Of a stretch of 64,000 nucleotides of DNA, positions 42,440 to 52,708 are shown piece after piece. The stretch is from assembly GCA_000934665.2 (NCBI GenBank), contig KZ538022.1, forward strand, positions 1-64,000, given 5' to 3'. The number at the start of each line of letters is the position of its first letter. The first letter of the stretch is position 1. The position numbers and the translations under genes are program-made. Origin of the DNA: Catajapyx aquilonaris (taxonomy: Eukaryota). The notes below the pieces were generated by a model. That model searched no databases. It worked only from the letters and a program-made list of their open reading frames with translations, and was not told the origin of the DNA.

Positions 42440-42800
42440 GAAAAGTCGCATAGCAGTGATTTAAAAACAAGCGATGGGAGTCAAGATAGCAGTGATAAAT
42501 CGCGGCTACGAATAGCAATTAGCATGTAAGCCGAAAATCGAAGAACTGTCGTCTAGCAGCGATTTTAAGAACACAGCGATCGCAGTGTCAAAAAGCAGCG
42601 ATAAATCCCAGCTTCAAATATCAGTAGCATGTAGGCCGAAAATCTTCGATTTGTCAAATGCAAAAATCGCATATCAGCTATTTTAAAAATAGCCGCAATC
42701 GGAGTGTAAAATAGCTGTGATAAATCGCAGTTTCATATAGCAGTTAGCATGTAAACCGAAAATCGCCGTTCTAGCCACCTTCTGCACTAGAGGGTTTAAG
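42440..42800. repeat. Three ~120-bp tandem units (atagcagtgat...tagcatgtaagccgaaaatc) ending gcactagagggtttaa
   Basis: Units end at ~42540, ~42645 and ~42765. The terminus resembles TTAA-type (piggyBac-like) ends. Confidence 0.6.
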
Positions 42801-44539
42801 GATGGGTAAAAAAAGAAGCTATTCATGTCTCTTGTTGAGGATTTTTTGGAGGGGGGAGGGATCTATCTGTTGGGGAGAGATTCTGAGAGCGTGGAAGTGG
42901 GGAGAGGGGGGGGGACCCAGGTGGCTAGCGACTCTCCTTTGATCCAGTTACTCCAATTTTCCGCGATGTCAAGGGGGGAGCGGCATGTACTAAAAATTGA
43001 TTACCAGTATAATAGGGTTGTCAAATAAAACCTTCTGGCGGGCGAAGGCTTTAGGTCCTTTCCCTCCACTCTCCACCCCCTTCCCCCCCAAAAAAGCCTG
43101 CGGACAATGCTTCTTGTCTAACCACCCCTCTATACGTATATATAAAAAAGCGTTCAACTTTTGAGCAATCAGAATGGCGGACACCCGGATAAACTGGTGA
43201 GTCCGGATTCAATTAGGTATAGAGTGAACCAACGGCACGTGTGTCATATCTACCGGATTTCTGTCCTAAATTATGATTAATGCTTAGGACGCAAAAAAAT
43301 GCAATATAGGGACTCCTAATATTAGAAGCTAACCATTCAACCTGCTTAATAATAAGCAACTTAATTTGATAACCACTATTTCAGTTGGACAACACTGTGA
43401 GTATTGCGGAGATAAATAGGAACATCTGGTACACGGACTATATTTTTTGAGTAAAATTTGTCTAGGGGGGTGTGTAATGTCAAGTTTTGGGATGGGCCAA
43501 ACTCTCCCCTCTTGTGTTCCATCTCCCCCCAACATCCCTATCCGTGTGCTGCTGCCTCGCGTTGAAGAGCACAATTGAAGGGGGGAAGGCTTGTGTTTGC
43601 CCGTCGGCGTACTTTGCAAAAGTAATCACGGGAATAATGGAAGTCAAACAGATTTGCCCAGCGTGTTGAGAGTGGGGGACAGAGCCGATGACACAGCTCC
43701 AGGCCACCAACCGACACACTTTTGTCTTGCCTGTACTATCCATGGCCCACCCCAATATGGCGAGACATATTGCTCAATCCCAACAAAAAAAAAAACGAAG
43801 GTCACTGCAAGGTTTGGACTGTTTGGAAAATTAGCAAGTAAAAAGTTGGACAAATTGGAACATCTTCAGACCATAGTCCGGATCTTGCACCGAGTGACCT
43901 TGCTGGCTTGTTTTGCCTCATCTAGAAAATCTCTTGGGTGGACGCTTATAGATCTCGCTTTAGAGATGCGGTGTGTATAGTTCCAAGTCCAATAAGCGCG
44001 AGTGGGACGATCTGTCCTAATTATAACCACATCAGCTGCTTCCATTCGCAGTTATTCTGGCCACAAAATGGCGGATTGTGACCACCCTGTTTTACCTCAG
44101 GCTTGTGGAGGAGAGAGAGAGAAAAAAGGAGGTTTCGCGAAAGTTATTTACAGTTTAATGGGCCGCAATATTTCATGTGCGAGCTGGCTTCTGAATTCGC
44201 AACTAGCCATACATTAGCTGGTAATACCCTCTGTCTTACTAAGGTTAAGGCCCGCTCCTCTGATGTACAATGGGCTGCAAAAGGATTGTCCCTAGTGTCC
44301 ATAGTGTTGCATGTATCGAGTTGTTTGGAAAGTGTGTTAATCGACTTGCGGTGACTTTCTTTATTTTCATGGTGCGTTGTGGAGGGGTCTCTCTCTCTCT
44401 CTCTCATAGGTCACTAGTTTACCAATAGACAATGTAGTTTGCAAGTAAAATTGCATTGCATCATGATCCTTGCATTATACTGCCATGGGGGAGAGTGGGT
44501 AACAATGAGACGCTTTTTTGGCAAACTATAGTGACCTAT

Positions 44540-44563
44540 GAGAGAGCGAGAGAGGGAGAGAGC

Positions 44564-44634
<71 letters not shown>
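44540..44634. repeat. Compound (GA)n/(GACA)n microsatellite inside the TIR element
   Basis: Directly visible run. Confidence 0.95.
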
Positions 44635-45160
44635 CCCTCCACGAGGTACCACGATAACAAAGAGAAAGTCATCGTAAGTCAATTAACATATCTCCATGTT
44701 TTTCACAGTTAGTGGAATGTGTTACATGTTAGTTTGTGTCTACATTACTGAAGTACAAATCTTTAGTTCATAACACTTTCTAATTATTGTTTAATTTAAC
44801 ATAAAATATTTATCAAAATGCTTACCCTGGTAGTTTGTCTCAATCATACCCACCGGTGGGGTACTGTGAGACAAGGATAATTAATTGCAGCTAAATAGGT
44901 ATATCAGAATACCTTACATTTCTGTCTGAATGTATAATGAATCAACTGAGTAACAGGCTCACATATTATAAGTCTAATGAAATTTAACGCATCTCCAACA
45001 GTGAAAAATCTACTTCAAATGTAATGTATGATAGCTGATGCTTAACAAGTACCATTCAATATCACTGGCACAGTAAGTCTCATTGTTCCCCAATATGGCA
45101 TGTCTCAGTGTTAACAACATGCTGTTTTACCACAAAGGGAGGGGGAAAGGTAACTAAAAT

Positions 45161-46642
45161 CATCATGATCATCAACATCACGACATTTCTCTATGAGGGG
45201 TAGTCAGCAATGAAGGGAGACGCAAGCTAACCCAACATATGAACTAAATTAAAACTTGTGAAAATAAAAAGTCTATAAACAACCCGTCCCACCACCCACC
45301 CGTGCCCATCTCATACGACAGACACTGAATATTATATTTAAATATTACACTATGCAATACGATACTTCGCCAAATCAATCTGACCAAACTCACGCTTCAC
45401 TACCATACATAAGTCAAGGAGCAATAACGTGAGAATAGACAGACAACCTACAGGCAGAAGATAAGTCCTTATTTCTAGAAAACTTACTTGTGGCACCTAT
45501 CACTTTCAACCCAGAACTAACTCTCCTGTCAATCTCCCCATCCATTCTACCATTACTCTCAAGGACACTACCCAGGTATACAAACTGGCTGACCTGCTCA
45601 ACCAGTTTTCCTCGTAGTACCTGCAACGTACAAGGAGAAACCTGCTGTCCCCTCTCAAATACCAATACCCTAGTCTTATCTACGTTAATCCTCATACCCA
45701 TCTTTTCATAAACATTATCTAACTTGCATAGGATCAACTGTAAATCAGCCTCACTCTCCGCCAGAAGGGCAGAATCATCTGCATACAGCAAGTGACTAAC
45801 TCATCACCAAACTGCACTCCTACACCGTCAACCATAGCTTCCGTTACACATGTATCTAAGTACAAGTTAAATAACCAGGGAGACATGACACAACCCTGCT
45901 TAACCCCAACACTAATGTTAAACCAGTCAGAGAAACCCCCACTAGTTCTAACACCAGCTCTACTCTCTTCATACAATGACTTTGCAGCCTCCAACAGGCG
46001 GCCCTTCACTCCATAGAGACTCAGAACTTCCCACAAACCTTCCCTACTTACTGTGTCATATGCTTTCTCCAAGTCTACAAAGGCAACATAAACCTTCTTG
46101 TTTACAGCTAAATACTTTTCTATCACGAGTCTCATACAGAATATCTGATCTACACAACTCTTACCCGACATAAACCCTCTCTGAATATTGAGTATTCTCT
46201 GACTTGTGACCCTCTTGACTCTTTCTATCAAAACCTTAGCATACACTTTCCATGGTACACTTAACAAACTAATGCCACGATAATTCTTGCAGTCACCCTT
46301 ACAGAGGTACTATAATAGCATCCCTCCAATCCCTAGGAACTACACCATCCTCAAAAGAAACCCTACATAAATTAGCCAAAAAAGTAACTACCGTACATCA
46401 TCCCCGCCACACCTCACCATTTCCAAAGAAGTAGCATCAACCCCAGGGGATTTACTAAACCAGCAGCTGCAACTTCCTTCTTACTAACATCCCCACAACC
46501 ATCACTACTTGGTACATCATCCCCAATTAAACTTACAAAAACATCAACACTGGCCTTATCACTTGCTGAGAGCAAGTCCTTAAAATACTCTCCACAACGA
46601 CCTTTCACCTCTTATCCATCCCAAAGCATGTCACCCTTCTTA
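45161..46642 (-). mobile_element. 5'-truncated, frameshifted non-LTR retrotransposon (RTE-like reverse transcriptase)
   Basis: RT motifs QRGFMSGKSCVDQIF, AFVDLEKAYD, GVKQGCVMSPWLFN, LYADD, FVYLGS and a decayed P.LMYGSEA. The 9-bp TSD aactaaaat is at 45152-45160 and 46643-46651. A (GAT)n-like 3' tail lies at 45161-45180. Confidence 0.93.
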
Positions 46643-46980
46643 AACTAAAATGCGAGAGGAAAAATTCCTTAACATTCCATAATTAGCGTATCTGGGTGTG
46701 CAACAAACCATGCATACACACTTGCGAAACTACCAATTACTCTTGGCACTAAAGCAAATCATGTGAGATCCCAAATAACCACTTTGCTACCAAAAACTTG
46801 GCAGATCCATTTGCAATGAACCACGAGCGCGGCAGGCATTTTCAGACTGGTAAGGCAGGAGCGGCATGTATAGTGTCTTTCCTTCAATGCAGATGACAGA
46901 CCTTGTCTAAGGCTTTGCAGCAGAGATATTAACGACGTCTCATTGTTCCCCATGTCTCATTGTTACCCACTCTCCCCCTA

Positions 46981-48400
46981 TATTATATACTGCCATTGTA
47001 CTACATCCACAACTGAATGGTGCTCACATACCTGCACTTGAAGAAAGCATTACAGTCCGGACTGGAACAGCCAAATGACTGCGTATGATATCCCGTGTGT
47101 CATGCAGACGTGTTTGCTCATCTTGTCGACCTCCTGAGAACACAAGAGTCTGTCTCAAACCATGTCATCAAAATGTACCACACTTTTCAATGGCCAGAGA
47201 GGAGGGCAGGACTAGAATGTCTCAAACTTAAAAGATCCATTGCGCACACCTACCTAGTGGCATGGTCAGCATCACTGTCCAGGCAATTCGCCATCAGATC
47301 TTCCCAGCACCTATAAACCCTGAAGACCCGCACTGTTGGCATGACTAGATCCCACCTTCAGACCGCCATGGCTACTCGGCAGGAATCCTGATCCAGGCTG
47401 CACATCAGGTGTGGATCCCAGTGACCTACACTGCCCGGCATTAATGGCTGTGGCGCTGTGCACAGCAGACATCGCCACCTGGCGGAGATAAGTCCCGCCG
47501 GCTGCGTGCAAAATACTTGGACAGCTCAACACTGCTCAGGAGACCGCTCAAGACATCGCGGTGGATACAAACGCTTGCTGCAAAGATGGATCATAGATAT
47601 ATCATATGAATACTTGAGCGGGGGTGATTTTCGTAAGGGTTCGGTTCACAACCCTGCAAAAAATGACACTTTTCCGCCTTCTTTTTACGATAAAAAATTA
47701 AAGACTGACACGATAGGAAAACAACTCGCATATATGTAACGTGGATTTAAACAAGCTTTCTAACGATACATACCATTAGCATTAGTGGGTAGACACCCCA
47801 TCCGCAGCAGACACCACTTCTGACGATGGAAGGTGCAGCCTCCATCTTCAGGTCCAGTAACAATAATTGGCATGCTGTCAAGGAGATATTGCATTGATTA
47901 GTGGATAGTGGAATTGGGCAGATGGGAACACTTTATGGTTTACTTATACCGTAGGCCGACCTGCTTTGTAACTCGACTATGCTGACCTTGTATAGGCTGC
48001 AGTTGTTTCTTGCTTGGCATCAGGTGCAAGTGATGCTTCGTCTTCCGCGCATATTCAACGTAAAAAAACGACTCGTAAAATGACACGAGTTTTATGTCTA
48101 AGAGTCCTAGTCAAATCCTTCTCTGCTCCGAAGTGTGCAGGTGAAACAAGAGGAGTGACTGTGATAAGCTGGTTATCATCCAAGAGACGGCTAATATTGT
48201 GATGCGAAGTTGATTGACTTTGACTTTGGCAGATATGCTTGTATGCAAATCAGATTATTACCTGTCCCTCTGTTGCGTGTACGTCCAATGCTCCTTTTCC
48301 TGGCGTGACCTTCCTTACCAAATCGATGCTGATTAGGCTAATTTTCAATGATAATTGTAATTACCTGACTCATCCCGAGCTGGACGAAAAATGGGCACTT
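46981..48400 (-). mobile_element. Second, partial copy of the 5' part of the Cys-rich element seen at 1-7065
   Basis: 47262-47430 aligns by eye with 5992-6134 (cccaggcaaatcgcc/tccaggcaattcgcc; cactgttggcatg). 48060-48330 aligns with 6610-6960 (actcgtaaaat; tatgcttgtatgca.atcagat; gtgaccttc..ccttacc.aaatcga). An exon ends GCSSPDCNAFFKCR|gtatgt at ~47031. Confidence 0.7.
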
Positions 48401-50601
48401 TACCTGTAAGCGCTGTTATACTTCATGCGCCGCAAAGGGGCTTTGTGGTATATTCGTCCTAAGTGAATGTCAACGCCTGGCACGTGACAAAAATTCCCCG
48501 AGGAAGATACCCCCTGAGCAATTGCTTAGAATGAAGCTCCCGGAATTTTTGTTCCGGACATAGTCACGCACATCCCCTCACATGTTTTAAGGGTGGGTAA
48601 TGGCATGGGATGACTCCAACCTTGTGACTCACAATGGGGGTGAGACTCTCTCTACTTTTGGGTTTGGCCCCCGGAGGACACCCATGGCATTGGGGAGATG
48701 GGGTGGTGGTGGTGGAGGAATCTATTTCGATTACCAGGCTCACACCATCCATCAACCTGGATTACTCGGCCAAGGATACATTTTCTCCTCTCCTGGACCG
48801 CGTCTGCCTCTCTGTGACCCTAAAGTACTGTCGCCGACAAAAAGTGATTCGCACGTGCAACAACCCCAGGAGTGCAATAATACTATACGTGACATTAATT
48901 GACATTAGCAGTGTGTGTGTGTGCGGGGGTATGCTAAGCATTGTGAGTGCAGTCATTAAGCTTTCCCCAAATGGAGGTGACGCATTCCTGTGTGTTTCCC
49001 TCCATCTTTCTCTCACCCCTGTGCAGACACCCAGATCTACAACCTTCTGAGTCACAAGCCTGATTAATGACGCCCCAAGTCGCGTCTCGGGCAATGTTTA
49101 ATATTAACCACCGTATGGTTCGCCTGATAAATTGGTCTCATAGACACTTTCATTACATCTCTCCCAACCCCTTTATTGCCACTCCCCACTCTTTTTCTCC
49201 ATTATTAAAAGTCTCCGTCTCTCCTCCTCCCTTCTCCCCATCAGAAAAAGATCCTTTCTGGTTGTTGCGTCCCCCCCTACACTCTGGAGAGGATCGGTCC
49301 TCATCTGGGCATGTCCGACGACCCCAAATGAGAAACACATTCGGTGAAGTGGCTGCATGTGCCTGGCAGCCGACACAAATCGCCCTTTTTGATGACAGAT
49401 GTCACCAGGAAAATGTCGCTGGCTCTCCAAAAATACAGGGTGGTACAGGCCGGTTGTCCAATTACGCAAACGTCCATTCAAATACGATAATTTAAATCAA
49501 AGCCAGCATGTACGAATATGCAAGGCGATAGTAGTGTCGTAAGCTGTATCCGGCAGGTGTATTAATTAGTAATTATTTTAAAATTCCGACGTTGATGAAG
49601 CTAGCAGTTCCGACTCACCCTGTAAATGAATATTAAAATTACTCTGCCGCCGGAGCCAAATGTGCCACCTGATACTGTCACCTTTTGCATTGTCGCAATT
49701 GCCCGGAAAAGGTCATGCAAATGCCTGGTGTGAACGGCCGATCAACAAGAGAGCGCACAAAACAAGTGAGATCTCTCTCTGGTGCTGGGGAGTCTCTCCT
49801 GGGCCTGGTCAAATACCGAGGTTGTGGAGTGGCCAACAAAACGAGACACGTCAGCTGCAGGCAGCACAAACCGACCTACTCCAAATTGTTTACCTTTTTG
49901 CACATGCAAATTGGCCGGTCCTTGTTGCTATCGGACGCCAACCGCACTTGGGCACAATGTCGGTGTACTGAAAAAGAGGCACAAAAGGTGTACTTGTAAC
50001 TTCCTCCATGAGAGAGAAGTCTGCATACGGGATTATTACCATGAATATTTTAGCATGATTTCTTTTTTTATGTGTCACTCTTTTTTTTTTTGCGAAAAGT
50101 CTTGGCACCAGAAAGAGGCTTCTTTCTGAAACATTCTCTCACTTCTGCTGTACAGTGTCCTGCATAAAATATGGTCCGGGAAAAAACCGCAAAGCTGACA
50201 TGGTCTGGCGTTCTCCTCGGCGTTTAAACTGTCAGTTTTTTTTTTTACATAACGTAATTTTTAGCTCCCCTTTTATGAATCTCTGCAGTATAGTTCTATA
50301 TATACTTCTGGCTATAAAAAAATTAATGTCCGCTCCCTGGTGAGGCCATTGATGTGGTTTAAAGGGTCAAACTGCATTTGACAATGCAGCATGCTCAAAA
50401 GGTCAATATTACGACACTGTAAGTTCAGACATACAAGTAGAAGAATAACAAGTTTTGCATGACAGATCAGAACTCTTTGTAGACTCATTCCGTATTTTTT
50501 CATACCCGTTTTATAGTCTTCTCGGATTATTCCTACATTCTGTGGCGTTGAGTGATAAATCATGTGAAAGGAAATAAAGCGCAAGATAATCCGAGATGTC
50601 A

Positions 50602-50607
50602 TTTATT
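50602..50607 (-). promoter_or_regulatory. AATAAA polyadenylation signal of the ionotropic receptor gene
   Basis: tttatt on the + strand, about 25 nt downstream of the stop codon. Confidence 0.55.
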
Positions 50608-50632
50608 TTTACGTTTTTACACGAATATATTA

Positions 50633-52708
50633 TTAGAAATTTTGTGCCTGGCTGTCGACTATATTATTTTTGTGTAAATATTTGTGCTTAATTGAAAAGC
50701 GACACATTTCATACACGAAAGCAATAAACGCATTTACACTTCCGATCAGCAATACCATGAAGGGTCCGTAAAATTGAAAGAAGGAAAACACCCGGACTAA
50801 TTCGTCTTCCACTGTGACGTTCAGTTTCTCCCTGTCCCTAGCAAGTTTCCAGGACTGCATGAATTCGGTGTAACTGTAAAATTTTAATCCAAGGCCCATG
50901 CTGTTGTACGCTTGCATCCTGCGATCGAAGTTGGGCGAGTAAACACTTTCCTTTTTCAAGGCAGGAGCGAAATACGCAGACATGTGCGAATCATCCGAAA
51001 TGAATGTCTGACCTTCGCCGTGAATGAGACGCAGGGCTTCCTGACCTTTGATTAAATTCTCGTCACTGGCAAGGCAAACTTTATTCTCCGTCATTATGGT
51101 CATGTAACACTGATCAAAACTACTTGTAACAATCATTTTTGCTGCAAGTGGTTGCACCTCCTGGATATCGTCGCCATCATCAAACTCTGTAACTATGTAA
51201 TAATACACCGATTCTTCCACGTTTACTGAGAAGCGAGACTTGATCAGGTCAGGCATGGTTCGAGGCACATATTCCACAGGAGGGCATGCCAGAAGTTCAA
51301 ACAGAATTGCTTTGTACCCTGTGGTTATGATGAGGGCAACATAACACCAGGACATTACGAACAATCGGACTGAATCGACTTCCGTGAGAAGATCAGGACA
51401 TTGCTCCAGAATAACAAGAATTAAGTCTTTCACGTTTCCAACAAAATTTTTGTACCTTATCAGATGTGTCCTCCAGTGTCCTTTGGATAGAAGTAGAATA
51501 AATGCGGCGGATGTGGCCAAAACTAGTGAGACGAATAACCACGATGCGATAGTGAACGATTGCATTATGACAAATGGAGAGAGAAATTCGTCAGGTTCGC
51601 GAGCAAGAAAAGTTACGCGTTGTGAACCGTAAGGTGTGGTAAGGTCTGACACTGAATATGACACGTCAACTACTGGGATCCTACACACAAACGATATTTT
51701 TTCGCTGATAATGTCGTTCACTATGTCTAAAGCGACGGTTATATTTCGCATCATTTCTTGTTGGTCCACGAACCTTGCAGTCCATGTGAAATTAAGAGTG
51801 TCCGCAAAATTGCAATTTAGGTTGTACATTATGTGACCGTTGCAATCTACTGTGCTCTCCTTATCCCACGTAATTGTCGTAAGGACTTTTCCATTGAAAT
51901 TGTCTTCCGTGTCGTTCAATATAGAGTCTGCAAGAGTGGCGTCAGTGACATAAGTTGGTGCACCATTGTTGCAAAAGAAGCAGACGGTCGAAACTGTCCC
52001 TTGATCGCTGGCAATGTCGTGATAAATGGCAGCTTTAAACTTCAATGTTGAAGCGGGTTTGTCCAGAAGAAAATCTTCCGGAGACATGTTTCTGATCCAG
52101 AACAAGAACCTGTCCTTGTTTCCCTTAACCTGGACGACTCCTGCCTCCTTATCCAGCAGTTCATCCATGGTGTCCTCATAGCTGTCGCTGCATGTGGTCA
52201 CCAGGTTGACCAAACACTTGTAGTTTCGAGTAGGTTCTGGTATTGATTCGGCTTTGGGTTCTGAAGACTCCGAACAGTCCCACGTGCTCTGCTGTGCATT
52301 GGTCGATTTGCCCAGAATGACAGGCCTACCTGCCAGGGACATGTTGGACACCAGACCTTCCAGGTGTCTAGGCCAATACGAGAGGTCATGGGTCACAGCC
52401 AGTGGACACTCGGCTGAAATCAAGTCGCGGTCCTTCAGCAAAAGCCATACCGACTGCATCAGCCTGTGATCACCACCAGCCTCACTCTTCGTCTCGAAAC
52501 GAAATTCCGCATTCAGAGGAATAATCGTCATTGTGATTATGCAAAGGAAATGCATGGTTGAACCTCGCAATGTAGCAAGTACTTGTTGGCTCTCAAAAGA
52601 CTGTACTTCCACTGAGAAGTCCTTGTGATGACATGTAGTAATGAGCATCGGGAACTGTCGATATTTGCGTAAACATTTCCTGCAATCATTTCGTAAGTAG
52701 TGCGACAT
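50633..52708 (-). CDS. Intronless divergent ionotropic receptor (IR; variant iGluR-family chemoreceptor), 691 aa
   Basis: Uninterrupted 2076-nt ORF with IR architecture: S1 end (TTPYGSQRVTFLAREP), M1 (SFTIASWLFVSLVL), pore region (ILVILEQ), the SYTANLAAF-equivalent helix (VRLFVMSWCYVALIITTGYKAILFELL..PP), S2 (LKKESVYSPNFDRRMQAYNSMGL) and a last TM helix (QFYGPFMVLLIG..AFIAFVYE). The true start is uncertain. Confidence 0.85.
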   Translation of the reverse strand: MSHYLRNDCRKCLRKYRQFPMLITTCHHKDFSVEVQSFESQQVLATLRGSTMHFLCIITMTIIPLNAEFRFETKSEAGGDHRLMQSVWLLLKDRDLISAECPLAVTHDLSYWPRHLEGLVSNMSLAGRPVILGKSTNAQQSTWDCSESSEPKAESIPEPTRNYKCLVNLVTTCSDSYEDTMDELLDKEAGVVQVKGNKDRFLFWIRNMSPEDFLLDKPASTLKFKAAIYHDIASDQGTVSTVCFFCNNGAPTYVTDATLADSILNDTEDNFNGKVLTTITWDKESTVDCNGHIMYNLNCNFADTLNFTWTARFVDQQEMMRNITVALDIVNDIISEKISFVCRIPVVDVSYSVSDLTTPYGSQRVTFLAREPDEFLSPFVIMQSFTIASWLFVSLVLATSAAFILLLSKGHWRTHLIRYKNFVGNVKDLILVILEQCPDLLTEVDSVRLFVMSWCYVALIITTGYKAILFELLACPPVEYVPRTMPDLIKSRFSVNVEESVYYYIVTEFDDGDDIQEVQPLAAKMIVTSSFDQCYMTIMTENKVCLASDENLIKGQEALRLIHGEGQTFISDDSHMSAYFAPALKKESVYSPNFDRRMQAYNSMGLGLKFYSYTEFMQSWKLARDREKLNVTVEDELVRVFSFFQFYGPFMVLLIGSVNAFIAFVYEMCRFSIKHKYLHKNNIVDSQAQNF

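Larger units (their letters stand above)
44487..46978. mobile_element. Non-autonomous DNA transposon with perfect 25-bp TIRs (pogo/Tc1-mariner-like), carrying a nested LINE
   Basis: gggggagagtgggtaacaatgagac (44487-44511) and its exact reverse complement (46954-46978). Subterminal gtctcattgttcccca repeats at ~45077 and ~46937. TA follows the right end, and tatactgccat occurs on both flanks (44476-44486, 46986-46996). Confidence 0.85.

Noticed and set aside
7100..44000. Numerous 60-140 aa ORFs in the track
   Set aside because: They have no recognisable domains, overlap on both strands and have low-complexity composition, as expected by chance.
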